A stretch of 59,433 bases of DNA, from positions 1 to 59,433 of the forward strand of contig JBHGNT010000179.1 in NCBI GenBank assembly GCA_043228905.1, given 5' to 3'. The notes below the pieces were generated by a model. It worked only from the letters and a program-made list of their open reading frames with translations, was not told the origin of the DNA and searched no databases. This DNA is from Azolla caroliniana. Its lineage: Eukaryota; Plantae; Polypodiophyta. Below are positions 1 through 10,855 of this stretch, one piece after another. The stretch's first letter is position 1; each line of letters starts with the position of its first letter. The position numbers and the translations under genes are program-made.

Positions 1-1110
1 ATCCCTTGCTCAACCATTTGGCCGACCGAGACCAAATTCTTAGTGATGGTGGGAACATGCAAGACATTTTTAATGTATGTTTGCTTACCTCTTTCGCCGA
101 ACGGAACATTGCCGATGTGCCGAATCGAGTGCGTAGTATCATCTCTGGTTTCAACATAACCGGGTCGCTTTGGCTCTCGAAGTTCGAGAAACCATTCTTT
201 ATGAGATGTCATATGGTTTGAGGCTCTAGAGTCAACAAACCATACGTCCTCCGGATTGAGGGCACTAGTTGAGGTAGAGGCCGACATAGAGTTTGCTCTA
301 TGTTTCATCATGAACATTCCGCCACGGTCGGAGTTGTGTGCGTACATTCCGCCACGATCTTCGTAGTCGGAGTTGTGCCTGTACATTCTGCTATACTCTT
401 CGTAGTTGGAATTGTGCGCGTAATTCGTGAGTTGTCGGCTTGTGGAAGCCGATTCGCGCATCTTCTTTCGACACTCTTCTTCGTGGTGGCCGAGCTTTCC
501 ACAATATCCGCATTCGGTTGCGTTTTGACGGCTCGGGCCGGAGTGAAAGCTCCCCCTTCTTGCGAAGGTTCCTCATTGGCTTCCGTTTTGTGGCCGAAAT
601 TGGGAGTTGTTGTCGTAGGTCGGACCTCATCCGCCTTGTCCTTGGCCGAATCGGCCTCTCGCTCGTCCGCATCCTCTTCCTTCGTTCGAGTGCGTGTAAA
701 GCATGTGGCCTTCCGACTCGTTGCTCCTTGTACACACGTGGTTTTCTTCGACCAATAGCATTGATTGGAGCTCGAAGAAGGAGGGAGATTTCTTCCTTGC
801 TAGAACGGCGGTTCGTATCGCGCCGAACCGTGGTGCGAGGCCACCGAGGCATATTTGCACCATCTCATCATCGCCAATACTTACGCTTATCGAGCCGAGC
901 GAGTCGCAAAGCTCCTTAATCTTCAAGGTGTATGTTGTGATGGACATGTCCCTTTGTTGAATGTTGTTCAACTCTTGGCGGAGTTGAAGCCTTCTTGCGG
1001 TTGTGTTCGCCGTGAAAATCTTTCGTAGATTTTCCCATGCCTCCTTCGGCGTCTTGGCTTCGCGAATGTAGCCGAGCATGTGATCTTGAACACATGTCGC
1101 CAAGCAATAT
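1..1110 (-). pseudogene. Degenerate Ty1/copia gag-protease fragment (copia family A/B)
   Basis: ORF 627..1103 (AKTPKEAWENLRKIF...LQLRQELNNI...MVQICLGGLAPRFG) is a copia gag core nearly identical to 49127-49942; frameshifted continuation into the zinc knuckle and protease region; no LTRs. Confidence 0.85.
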
Positions 1111-1294
1111 ACCTTGGGAATAGTAAAGGTATTTACTTCTCTTTGAATATATAAATTTGGTTCTTATTGATTCAGTCTTTTGAGCTTGGTTTTACCAAGT
1201 AGAGTGTAGTGCCACAATGGAGATGACTATTTGAATATGTAAATTGACTTGCAAACTTTGCACACGTAAACTCAATGTTCCGAATCTTTGAAAT

Positions 1295-4200
1295 TGTTAA
1301 GAGTCTATTATTAATCAATAGACCAATAAAGTAAAATAAATTGGATAGAAGAACTTGTTCCACCCAACCACCCCGAACTATGATCAAGACATAGCCAACC
1401 TACCACCTACGTCCCACATTGTTGTCGTGGAGGATTCCGGCAAAGTGGAGAAAAGCTTGTCGACTGTGTGTGAATAGGTGTGTGTACAGATGCACATAAA
1501 AAGAGTCCTTGTATAAACAAATGCAAATAAGTAGAGTATAATAAGTACAAGACATTGTGATTTAAATAGGTACTTTATTATCCCACAAAAAGAGGGCAAT
1601 TTAATAGAAGAACTTGATCCACACAACCACCCGAGCTATGATGAAGGAGGGGAAGAAGACCGTTATAAGAATCCATCATTTTGGAAGGGAGGGTGCTGCT
1701 AGTTTGCATGTGGAGTGTTTTGATTTTTTTATGTGTGCATTATGTGAGGGAAGGTGAGGCCTCTGCTCGCTTAGGAAGCTCGTGTGCTCCCGACTAGAGG
1801 CTCATCAATTTTGTGCGTGTGTCTGTAGAGCTCGAAGTTCCATCCCTACCCGAGGCCGCTAGTATTCCTGTCTGTCTTTGATACAGTAGTTGAATATTTT
1901 GGCATTGCTATATCTGGGTATTTTCCCTCTGTGTCCTTTGCCTTAGTCTCTCTGTGTAGCAATTGGATAGAAGAACCTGTTCCACACAACCACCCCAAGC
2001 TATGATCAAGACACAACCAACCTACCACCTATGTCCCATACCGTTGTCATGGAGGATTCTGGCAATGGGAAGAAAAACTCAGCGACCGTGTGTGAACGGG
2101 GGTGTGCACGTATGCACATCAAAAGAATCTTTGTATAAACAAATGTAAATAAGTAGAGTATATTAAGTATAAGACATTGTGATTTAAATAGGTTCGTTAT
2201 TATCCCACAAAAAGAGGGGAATAATAGGATGTGATGGAAGGAAATCGGGGGAGAGAATCGTTGACAGAAGCGGTTGTCATGAATGGTGACGTAACCGACC
2301 CTCCTTGGACTATGAAAGGAGGGGAGGAAGAACTTTATAAGAATCCATCGTTATGTAGGGGAAGGTGCTGCCGGTTGGATGTGGAGTGTCTTGGTTTTTT
2401 GCTGCGTGCATTCGGTGAGGGAAGGTGAGGCCTCTGCTCACATAGGAAGCTTGTGTGCTCCCGACCAGAGGTTCATCAGTTTTGTGCATGTGTTTATAGA
2501 GCTCGAAGCTCCATGCCGGCCCGAGAGCTCTTGTATTCTTCTCTATCTTTGATACATTAGTTAAATATTCTGGCATTGCTGTATCTGGGTATTTTCCCTC
2601 TGTGTCCTCTCTCTTAGTCTCTCTTTGTAGGAATTGGATAGAAGAACCTATTCCACACAACAACCCCGAGCTATGATCAAGACATGGCAAACCGACGAGC
2701 TACGTCCCATACCGTTGTTGTGGAGGATTCTGACAAAGTGGAGAAAAGCTTGTCGACTGCGTGTGAACGACTGTGTGTACAGAGTCACATAAAAAGATTC
2801 TTTGTATAAACAAATGCAAATACGTAGATTATAATAAGTACAAGACATTGTGATTTAAATAGGTACTTTATTATCCCACAAAAAGAGGGCAATTGGATAG
2901 AAGAACCTGATCCACACAACCAACCCGAGCTATGATCAAGGAGGGGAAGACGACCGTTATAAGAATCCATCATTTTGGAGGGGAAGGTGTTGCCGGTTTG
3001 CATGTGGAGTGTTTTGGTTTTTTGATGTGTGCATTTGGTGAGGGAAGGTGAGTCCTCTGGTCGCATAGGAAGCCCGTGTGCTCCCGACTAGAGGCTCATC
3101 AGTTTTGTGCGTGTGTCTGAAGAGCTTGAAGCTTCATCCTGGCCCGAGGCCGCTAGTATTCCTCTATGTCCTTGATACAGTAGTTGAATATTTTGGCATT
3201 GATATATCCAAGTATTTTCCTCTCTGCCCTCTTTCTTGGTCTCTCTTTGTAGCAATTGAATAGATCAAGGACCACCTCGAGCTATGATCAAGGAGGGGTG
3301 GAAGACCGTTATAAGAATCCATCGTTTTGGAAGGGAGGATACTGCCCGTTTGCATGTGGAGTGTTTTGATTTTTTTATGTGTGCATTTGGTGAGGGAAGG
3401 TGAGGCCTCTGCTCGCATAGGAAGACCGTGTGCTGCCGACCAGAGGCTCATCAGTTTTGTGCGTGTGTCTGTAGAGCTCGAAGCTTCATCCCGACCCGAG
3501 GCTACTAGTATTCCTCTCTGCCCTTGATACAATGGTTGAATATTTTGGCATTGATGTATCCAAGTATTTTCCCTCTGTGTCCTCTTTCTCGGTCTCTCTG
3601 TGTAGCAATTGGATAGAAGAACCTGTTCCACACAACCACCCCGAGCTATGATCAAGACATAGCCAACCTACCACCTACGTCCCATATTCTTGTCGTGGAG
3701 GATTCCGGCAAAGGGGAGAAAAGCTCGCTGACCGCGTGGGAACAGGGGTGTGCATGTATGCACATAAAAAGAGTGTTTGTATAAACAAATGTAAATAAGT
3801 AGAGTATAATAAGTACAAGACATTGTGATTTAAATAGGTTCGTTATTATCCCACAAAAAGAGGGGAATAAAAGGATGTGATGGAAGGAAATCGGGGGAGA
3901 GAATCATTGACAGAAGCGATTGTCATGGATGTTGATGTAACCGACCCTCCTTGGACTACAAAAGGAGGGGAGGAAGACCGTTATAAGAATCCATTGTTTT
4001 AAGGGGGAAGGTGCTGCCGGTTGCATGTGGAGTGTCTTGGTTTTTTTGCTGCGTGCATTCGGTGAGGGAAGGTGAGGCCTCTGCTCGTATAGGAAGCTCG
4101 CATAGGCCCGGGACTGCTTGTATTCTTCTCTATCTTTGATACATTAGTTGAATATTTTGGCATTGTTGTATCTGGGTATTTTCCCTCTGTGTCCTCTGTC

Positions 4201-4349
4201 TTAGTCTCTCTGTGTAGCAATTGGATAGAAGAACCTGTTCCACACAACCACCCTGAGCTATGATCAAGACATAACAAACCTACCACATATGTCTCATACC
4301 GTTGTCATGGAGGATTCCGGCAAAAGGGAGAAAAGCTCGCCGACCGCGT
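1295..4349. repeat. Modular tandem repeat (satellite) derived from a chromovirus LTR, left part; units ~610-670 bp
   Basis: Motif ttggatagaagaacctgttccacacaaccaccccgagctatgatcaag recurs at ~1341, 1601, 1963, 2634, 2892, 3609 and 4221; the start (tgttaagagtctatta, 1295) is the reverse complement of the LTR end at 21574. Confidence 0.85.
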
Positions 4350-5134
4350 TGTCGAGATATTACGCAAGTGCGTGTGGAAACGAGGCGGGACCGCGGGGGT
4401 CTCGAACCAAAGAGCAAGCGAGGGAAGAGACAGAGGGAGAACCGGCTACGCAGGACCGGGGATACACAGGGACACGGCCCTTCAGCACGGAGAACGCGAA
4501 CAGACACCGACACAGACAGATGCGAATGACTAAATATGTATATTAAGAAAAATGGCTAGCACGACTACAACCCCCGATGGGGCACAGGTTGGTTACAACC
4601 GAACAGGCCGGCGAACAGATGCCGATGCCTGTTCGCTTCGACGCACAAAGGGGGGTAGCAGGTCGGAGGTGCTGCCGGAAGCGCTCGGGCGTTCCTCGAA
4701 ACAGCGCGAGCCTCCTCGGAACCCTGCACAGAAAGCTATGGAGCTCAAGAAGGAAGGAAACAGAGAGAGAAGCGTCCAGAAACGGTCCGACAGCACTTCG
4801 TCCTCTCTGCGCGATCTGCCTGCAACAACTCTTTCCTGCTCTTATATAGCCCGACGAGCAGGCCGTCGTGTCAGCTTTATTCCCTGTCCCTTTCGAACAG
4901 GGATCCGCTCCGTTCTTCACGCATCCGCGTAGTTACGCCGCCGACTCGTACAGTTCGCGCGCGCGACCGAAAAGACTGTTCGCGCGGTCTTTGTCTCCAC
5001 TCGTGTTAGGGCCCGTTCCTGCCAATTATCCTCCTAATTCGCTTCTATGTACAACTTGGAGCGTGCGCGCGTGAAGAACCGGTTCCCGCGCCTTGGTGCG
5101 CCGATTCCGCTTATGGACGGTTTTCTTCACGACA
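4350..5134 (-). repeat. 3' LTR of G1
   Basis: Direct repeat of 10856-11640; tgtcg...cgaca termini; purine-rich tract adjacent on the minus strand (5135-5150). Confidence 0.95.
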
Positions 5135-5205
5135 TCCGCCCCCACCTAACCGCGCATCCTCCGGTATGCGCCAAGAGAGTTGGGACGGAGAAAACCGGCC
5201 CGTCT

Positions 5206-8200
5206 TCATTCCTCGCCCGTCGGTTCTTCCTCGTTTTCGGATCGTTCGTCACTGCTGACCGGGAGAGCCGGGTCTGGCTCGTCGTCGTGTCGCTTCTTGA
5301 ACGCTTTGATCCGCTTCCCTGCAACCGGTATCGCCATTCTCGTGCCGTCGAGTTCCGCCAGGTGATATGTCCCGTTGTCATTGGCGCCCCGTACCACGTA
5401 AGGCCCGAACCACCTTCGTGCGAACTTCCGTGTAGCTCGGTGCTGGTTGTCGAGGCTGCTGTCGTAGACGAGCACCCAGTCACCTTCTTTGATTTTCTTC
5501 GGTCGGAGCCGGTGCGTTCGGTCGAACCTGGCTTTGTTCTTTTTCCTCGCCACCCGGAGCTTCTCCGCAGCCAGTTCCACGTCCTCCGGTCTCCGCTCGA
5601 GCTGTCGTATGCGCGCGGCCAACAACTCCTCCCGGCTCATCTCGTCCCTCCAGTCGACCATTGCCCACGAGGAGATCGTCCGTTCCATCGGCATGATCGG
5701 CTTCTGGCCGAACATGAGCTCCGTCGGCATGTACCCGGTTACCGAACTGTGCGTGGTCCGGTCTGCCCACAAAGCATAAGGTAGCAGCCGCGGCCAGTTA
5801 CCGACTCGGCCTCCGCATGCCCGAACCAACGCCTTGACGATCGGTCCGTGTCCGCGCTCCACCTTTCCATTCGCCTCCGGATTGTACGCCGTGGTGAGCG
5901 AGAGCTTGACTCCCAGCCGGTCGAACAGCTCCGCGGCTTCTTCGGCGTCCAACTCCCCTCGGTCAGCCACGATCTTCCCGACGCACCCGTACCGGCATAT
6001 CACGTCCTCGATTAGGAACCGGCATACGGCCGCGGTCGTTTTGTTCGGAAGGGCCCGGCCTTCCACCTGGTTCGTCAGATCCTCCCGCGCTAGGACCAGG
6101 TACCGCATCTGTCCTACCCCCATTGGCATCGTCACCAGATCTACCATCCATTTGAAGTGGATGGTCGGAGGGTACGTGGGGTGAAGCTCGTCCCGATGTC
6201 GGACTATGGAGTGCATCTGACAGCTCTCGCAAGTTGTCACGAACCGATGCACGTCCTGGTACTGCCCCGGCCACCAATACTTCCCCTTCAGTTTCTCAAA
6301 CGTAGCCCATGTTCCACGGTGTCCAGCCCAAGGGCTGTCGTGGTAGGCCGTCAGCAGCTCCTCCTGCTCTTCCCTCATCGCCACCACCCGGAGCGGAGCG
6401 CCGTCCCTCTTCTTCGGGTGCTTCCATAGATAGCCATCCCGGAGAAAGAACCGGTACGCTTTCTTCCGGATCCGGTTGGCCTCGTCCTTCGTCCATGACG
6501 CATCGGGCGTCATTGTCTTCAAAAACCCACCGATCTGCAGCCACTCCCCGTCGTACTTGCTCGCGTCGAAGTCGTTAAGCGCCGGAGTGCTTGTTCCGTC
6601 GGTTGTTACATACGCAGTCTCGAAGAAGTCCACGCCGACCTCTTCGTCCTCCGAAACCATGCCGCCCTCGTCATCGAATCTCGCCCTCGAAAGCATGTCG
6701 GCCATGGCGTTGTCTTTCCCGGAAATGTGTCGTATTTCCGGGTCCAGGGACTTGATGTACGCTATCCACCTGAGCATTGCCAGGTCCGGCGTCGCGCATC
6801 CGGAAACCATGCCGAGAATCGGCATGCAATCCGTCTCTATGATTACCTCCGTCCCGATCAGATAGTCCTTGTCGGCCTTCACCGCCGAAACGATACCCCA
6901 GAGTTCGCGTTTAACCTGGGCGTATCCGCGCTGCCGTTCGCTGAGGACCTTCGCGCCGAATCGGATCGGAAACCGATTGCCGTCCTCGTCTTCTTGGTTG
7001 ACGACCCACCCGATTCCGGTCGGGCTCGTGTCAACCGTTATGTACACTGGGGTGCCCTTCCTGTAGACGGCCTTTCGGAGCGCCGGTGCTGCCGAAAGAG
7101 CCTCCTTCAGCTTCCGGACCGACTCCGTGTGCTTGTCTAGCCATTCGAATCTTCGCCCTTTCTTCAATAATCCGTACAGCGGTTCCGCGACGTGCGCGTA
7201 ATGCGGGATCCATATGTGGTAGAAGGCGCATGCCCCCAAGAATCTTCGTACTTCCGTGACCGAGCTGCAATCAGGCTTCATCGCGGAGATGGCTTCTACC
7301 TTTGCCGGAGACGGTCTCCGGCCATACGGTCCACATAAATGTCCGACCACCATGATTTCCGACTGCCCGAAGGCTGACTTCTCCCCCGAGAAGGTGAGCC
7401 TCGCATCCTCTAGCCTTTGCAGCACCTTCTCGCAGTCGTCGATGTGCGTTACCACGAATCGCCGGCATCCGTCCGGCCCGATCGTCTCGTCCTTCTCTTC
7501 TACCGGGCATCCCTTGATCGGGATGTCGTCTAGAAACGGCATGGTGATGTCCGGGATGCAGTCCCTCAGCACCTTGTTCATTGCATTCACCATGTGGGCC
7601 ACCGAGTTGGTCCCTCCTTGCGGCAGCGTACACATCCGCACTAGGCCGAGGGGAGTTCGCATCGTCGTAATGTCTCTGCTCTCCACGGCTAGCTGGAACT
7701 GGTCGTACCCTGAATATAGATCACCGACCGAGTAAATCGACCTCCCGGCGAAGGCCTCCGCGAACTCGTCTATGGTCGGTCCGATCCCTGCGTTCCGAAT
7801 GGTCACCCTATTGACCGGTTGCAGGTCCTGAATGAAGCGCAATGATCCGTTTTTCTTTGGTACCGTAAACCACCGGTTCGAGTACGGGGCGCTCGACGGC
7901 TCGAGAATGCCCATATCAACTTTCTGCTTCAACAGCTCCATCAACTTCGGGATGTGAGCTCTCGGAACCGGAATTGGCTTGAGATTCCACGGTACATGCG
8001 GTACCGTGAATATCACCATCGGCTCTACGATCGTCGGGTCTACGCACCCGATTTCCTCCGGTGAGAATGCGAAGGCTTTCCCGTGCCTTCCGAGCATCCT
8101 CCGAAACCGGTCTTCCTCCACCGGCAGTAGGAACCTGCCCCCACCGATCTTCAGCTCGCGGAGCGTCTCGTTGGTGAAGGCGTGTCCTATGCAGGCCGGA

Positions 8201-8562
8201 TCTCGTAAGCTGGGGTCCGATGCAACCCCTTTGATTCGGGATTCGCTGCCCTCCGGTAAGGGCGCCGCAACTGGCCTCACCTTCCGGTCCACAGTCTTGT
8301 ACTTGGTGTTAACTCGGGCCGTCCGTTCCGACTCGAGCCCTCGACCGAAGTCCGCGATGACTTCGTACATTTCTTCGGAACATACCGGTATCGTCCGGTC
8401 TTCGATAAGGTCTTCTTCGACTACCCTCCCCAGCATTCCCAAGGTGTCGTCGAAGGAGACTGCCTCCACGGCTCCGTTGATTTCTTCGTCAGGGCCGAGA
8501 ACTCCGCACGCCCGAAGTCTCCCCTCCGTCTTTGTTTTCTCTCGGCCGGCGATGCCGACCAT
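5206..8562 (-). CDS. pol: G1 Pol polyprotein (RT, RNase H, integrase); frame stays open upstream to 8724 and overlaps the gag end
   Basis: 1118-aa ORF with LPQG and FLDD (RT), VDTS (RNase H), HHCC (HDSPWAGH...CESC) and DDE integrase; gypsy domain order. Confidence 0.95.
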   Translation of the reverse strand: MVGIAGREKTKTEGRLRACGVLGPDEEINGAVEAVSFDDTLGMLGRVVEEDLIEDRTIPVCSEEMYEVIADFGRGLESERTARVNTKYKTVDRKVRPVAAPLPEGSESRIKGVASDPSLRDPACIGHAFTNETLRELKIGGGRFLLPVEEDRFRRMLGRHGKAFAFSPEEIGCVDPTIVEPMVIFTVPHVPWNLKPIPVPRAHIPKLMELLKQKVDMGILEPSSAPYSNRWFTVPKKNGSLRFIQDLQPVNRVTIRNAGIGPTIDEFAEAFAGRSIYSVGDLYSGYDQFQLAVESRDITTMRTPLGLVRMCTLPQGGTNSVAHMVNAMNKVLRDCIPDITMPFLDDIPIKGCPVEEKDETIGPDGCRRFVVTHIDDCEKVLQRLEDARLTFSGEKSAFGQSEIMVVGHLCGPYGRRPSPAKVEAISAMKPDCSSVTEVRRFLGACAFYHIWIPHYAHVAEPLYGLLKKGRRFEWLDKHTESVRKLKEALSAAPALRKAVYRKGTPVYITVDTSPTGIGWVVNQEDEDGNRFPIRFGAKVLSERQRGYAQVKRELWGIVSAVKADKDYLIGTEVIIETDCMPILGMVSGCATPDLAMLRWIAYIKSLDPEIRHISGKDNAMADMLSRARFDDEGGMVSEDEEVGVDFFETAYVTTDGTSTPALNDFDASKYDGEWLQIGGFLKTMTPDASWTKDEANRIRKKAYRFFLRDGYLWKHPKKRDGAPLRVVAMREEQEELLTAYHDSPWAGHRGTWATFEKLKGKYWWPGQYQDVHRFVTTCESCQMHSIVRHRDELHPTYPPTIHFKWMVDLVTMPMGVGQMRYLVLAREDLTNQVEGRALPNKTTAAVCRFLIEDVICRYGCVGKIVADRGELDAEEAAELFDRLGVKLSLTTAYNPEANGKVERGHGPIVKALVRACGGRVGNWPRLLPYALWADRTTHSSVTGYMPTELMFGQKPIMPMERTISSWAMVDWRDEMSREELLAARIRQLERRPEDVELAAEKLRVARKKNKARFDRTHRLRPKKIKEGDWVLVYDSSLDNQHRATRKFARRWFGPYVVRGANDNGTYHLAELDGTRMAIPVAGKRIKAFKKRHDDEPDPALPVSSDERSENEEEPTGEE

Positions 8563-8628
8563 CGTACATGCTCCGCTGTCGGAGAAGCAAAATTTCCTAC
8601 CTATTGTACACGGTTTTATCGTACAGAT

Positions 8629-8694
8629 GTGGGGTTTTCCCGGAGCATCCGGACTGTCGCGGCCCCACGCCTTGGCAGTCCTCTCTAAAAATCC
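8629..8694 (-). promoter_or_regulatory. Putative -1 ribosomal frameshift signal (slippery GGAUUUU plus pseudoknot), G1
   Basis: G GAT TTT TAG at the gag stop; pol is in the -1 frame; 6 nt downstream are GGACTG/CAGTCC and GTGGGG/CCCCAC pairings. Confidence 0.75.
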
Positions 8695-10838
8695 TCTCGG
8701 TTTTCGGAACCGAGGGAGTCGCGGTTACGTTCGTGGTTCGGCCGTACCGTCAGAAACTGGACCGAATGGCGCCCGTCTTGGCTTTTGACCCTCGCGTAGG
8801 CCGAACCATTGTCCAGCACCTTGGTCTCCATCCGCGCCGCTGTGATGTACGGCTCTCCCAGTATGACCGGATGCGAAGACGTCTCCTGCACGAAGAAGTG
8901 CTGGTCAATCTCGACGTCGCCGATCTTGACTCGCACATTCGGACAGGCCCCGTGCAGCTCCTCGGTGGCGCGCGTTGCCACCCTTATTTTCCACCCGTGC
9001 TTGGTGTTGATCGGCCATTTGCCCTTCTTATAGAAGTCCATGGACATCAAGTTGATCTCCGATCCGTGGTCCACCAAAGCTATCACCGGTTCCTGGACAC
9101 CGCCGATCTTCACCGGGGTTTCCGTGGTCGCTCGGGCCCAGTGTGGTCTCGAATAGTGGCTTTCCGCCCACTCGTCTCCCAGCGCCATGTCGTCTAGGTG
9201 CGTCGTCTGCACTTCCACTGGTCTTTCCGGTTCTGTCTCCGTTGACAGCCTCTTCCGTTTCACCAAGTCCACGATGGAGTCGTGGAACTCCTTCTTGGCG
9301 ATTCCCAGCACCTCTCGTAACGACAGCTCCACCTTGCTGTCGAGGATCCGTTCCTCCAGGACCTTTCGTAAGTCCGTGGTCCTTTCTATCTCCGTCCCCA
9401 GACGGTACCCGCCCTTCTGGGGTTTATCTTTCGTACCGGCCCCGCCGGCTTCGTCCCGTCGTGGCCCGGACCGGGTCTCGTATCGTTGTGAGGGCCCGGT
9501 CGTCCCGGGTTTCCCCACCCGCTTCTCTTCTACCAGAGCCTCGTAGTTCTGGCAAGCGGCTTCCACGAAGCCCGTCCTTTCCTCGACCGGGTCGCTCCAC
9601 CCGGTCATCTCCCGTACCCGTTTCTCCGCGCGGTCCGATTCCTCCCCTTTTAGCCTTGCACCGGCAAGGCCTCCTAGCATCGTCGGCCAGAATCCGGCTT
9701 TGCTTTCCCTTCGGGCCTCGCCGCCCCCGACTCGAATGCCGGCCGACGCCGAGTAGTGGACGGTTTCCGCGTGTCGGGCCGCCGCCTCTTCCATCAACCT
9801 TTTCATACCACCTCGCCCGTTGTTTCGGCTCAGGGCCCTTCGGGTGTCGCTGGCATGCACCCGCCCTTCCCACAGGTACACCACCCTGTCCCTTAGCGCC
9901 TCCGCGAAGTCGCCGCAGTCATTCCGAATGTGGCCGACTTCATCGCACCACATGCACCTGTTTCCTGCCGCCGGCCGTCGGTCACGAGCCGGTTCGCCAC
10001 CTTCCCTTCGGGCTTGCGCGATTTGGAGGTCCTTTACCGCCCTCGTCAATTCCTCCAGCGCCGCTCCTCCGGTTGAGCCTCTGACTACGCCGGTCGAAGC
10101 CGAACCGGTTTCCAACCACTCTCGGGTCTCATCCTTTCGCACCTGTGGCGCTGGTTCGAACTTCCTTGCTGCGACCGAGCCCGACCCGGTTACCCCGTTA
10201 TCCGCCCATTCTCGCCGTTTGTCGAAACGGCCACAGACTTTCTTGACAGCCGCCCAGTCGGTAGTGAGCCCGTCTTCGGTTTCCAGCAAGAGGCCCACTT
10301 GCTCCCGATCCCGCTCGTCGACCGACTTGACAAACAGCAAGACCCGGCTCGTGTCCAGGATGGTTCGGTCGAGCGCCGAAAGGCGCGCAAAGTTTTCCTC
10401 GAACTCCCGGAGGAGTGCCGACGCGTTTCTTCCCTTCCCCGGGGACTCCACCCATTCCATGAACCTTCGCTTCGAAAGCCGGAGCGCGTCGTCCAGCCCG
10501 TATTTCTCTAGGAGCCGACCTTCGAACTCCTCCCAGGTACGGCTCTCCGCCCGCACCTCGAGCACCTCCGCATGGATGCTCGGCATTGCGACTCGGGGAA
10601 ATCCGGCAAGACGCCTTTCTTCCGGAATGTCCCGCATCAGCATTTCTGCACCGTAGGACGCCAGATACTTCGTGGCATCCCTCCCATCGAACCGGCCGAT
10701 CGTGCCGACGACCGCCTCGATAGCTCTGTCGAGGGCACCGGTGCCCTCGCGCGCATTTACAATCCGATCCACGGCCGAAGCCATGGCCTCTGCAAGATCC
10801 GACCCCCTCATCTTCTGCTCTTCTGCCGCCTCTTTCAC
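8685..10838 (-). CDS. gag: G1 Gag-protease
   Basis: 717-aa ORF; zinc knuckle CMWCDEVGHIRNDC; aspartic protease LVDHGSEINLM...VILGEPY; likely true ATG at 10811. Confidence 0.92.
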   Translation of the reverse strand: MKEAAEEQKMRGSDLAEAMASAVDRIVNAREGTGALDRAIEAVVGTIGRFDGRDATKYLASYGAEMLMRDIPEERRLAGFPRVAMPSIHAEVLEVRAESRTWEEFEGRLLEKYGLDDALRLSKRRFMEWVESPGKGRNASALLREFEENFARLSALDRTILDTSRVLLFVKSVDERDREQVGLLLETEDGLTTDWAAVKKVCGRFDKRREWADNGVTGSGSVAARKFEPAPQVRKDETREWLETGSASTGVVRGSTGGAALEELTRAVKDLQIAQARREGGEPARDRRPAAGNRCMWCDEVGHIRNDCGDFAEALRDRVVYLWEGRVHASDTRRALSRNNGRGGMKRLMEEAAARHAETVHYSASAGIRVGGGEARRESKAGFWPTMLGGLAGARLKGEESDRAEKRVREMTGWSDPVEERTGFVEAACQNYEALVEEKRVGKPGTTGPSQRYETRSGPRRDEAGGAGTKDKPQKGGYRLGTEIERTTDLRKVLEERILDSKVELSLREVLGIAKKEFHDSIVDLVKRKRLSTETEPERPVEVQTTHLDDMALGDEWAESHYSRPHWARATTETPVKIGGVQEPVIALVDHGSEINLMSMDFYKKGKWPINTKHGWKIRVATRATEELHGACPNVRVKIGDVEIDQHFFVQETSSHPVILGEPYITAARMETKVLDNGSAYARVKSQDGRHSVQFLTVRPNHERNRDSLGSENREDF

Positions 10839-10851
10839 GTCGGGTTCACCA
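10834..10851 (-). promoter_or_regulatory. Primer-binding site complementary to tRNA-Trp 3' end
   Basis: Plus strand ttcacgtcgggttcacca matches the 3' 18 nt (including CCA) of plant cytosolic tRNA-Trp as recalled; 4 nt from the LTR. Confidence 0.85.
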
Positions 10852-10855
10852 AAGA

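Noticed and set aside
314-425. Short tandem duplication (acattccgccacg...gtcggagttgtg, about three copies)
   Set aside because: Local slippage in the gag-protease linker of a dead copia fragment, with no sign of function
1384-4286. Family of small repeated ORFs (CLDHSSGWLCGTGSSIQL...)
   Set aside because: Translations of LTR-derived satellite modules with inconsistent starts, frames and stops
4280-5784. Extra or env-like ORFs in the G1 LTR and antisense to pol (e.g. 5047..5784, 4552..4932)
   Set aside because: GC-rich shadow frames with no recognisable domain, not conserved in G2
7979-10656. Long plus-strand ORFs (269, 313 and 278 aa)
   Set aside because: Antisense shadows of GC-rich gag/pol with low-complexity composition
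10834-10851. tRNA-Trp gene (also 29497-29514)
   Set aside because: Only the 3' 18 nt including CCA are present, next to an LTR, so this is a primer-binding site
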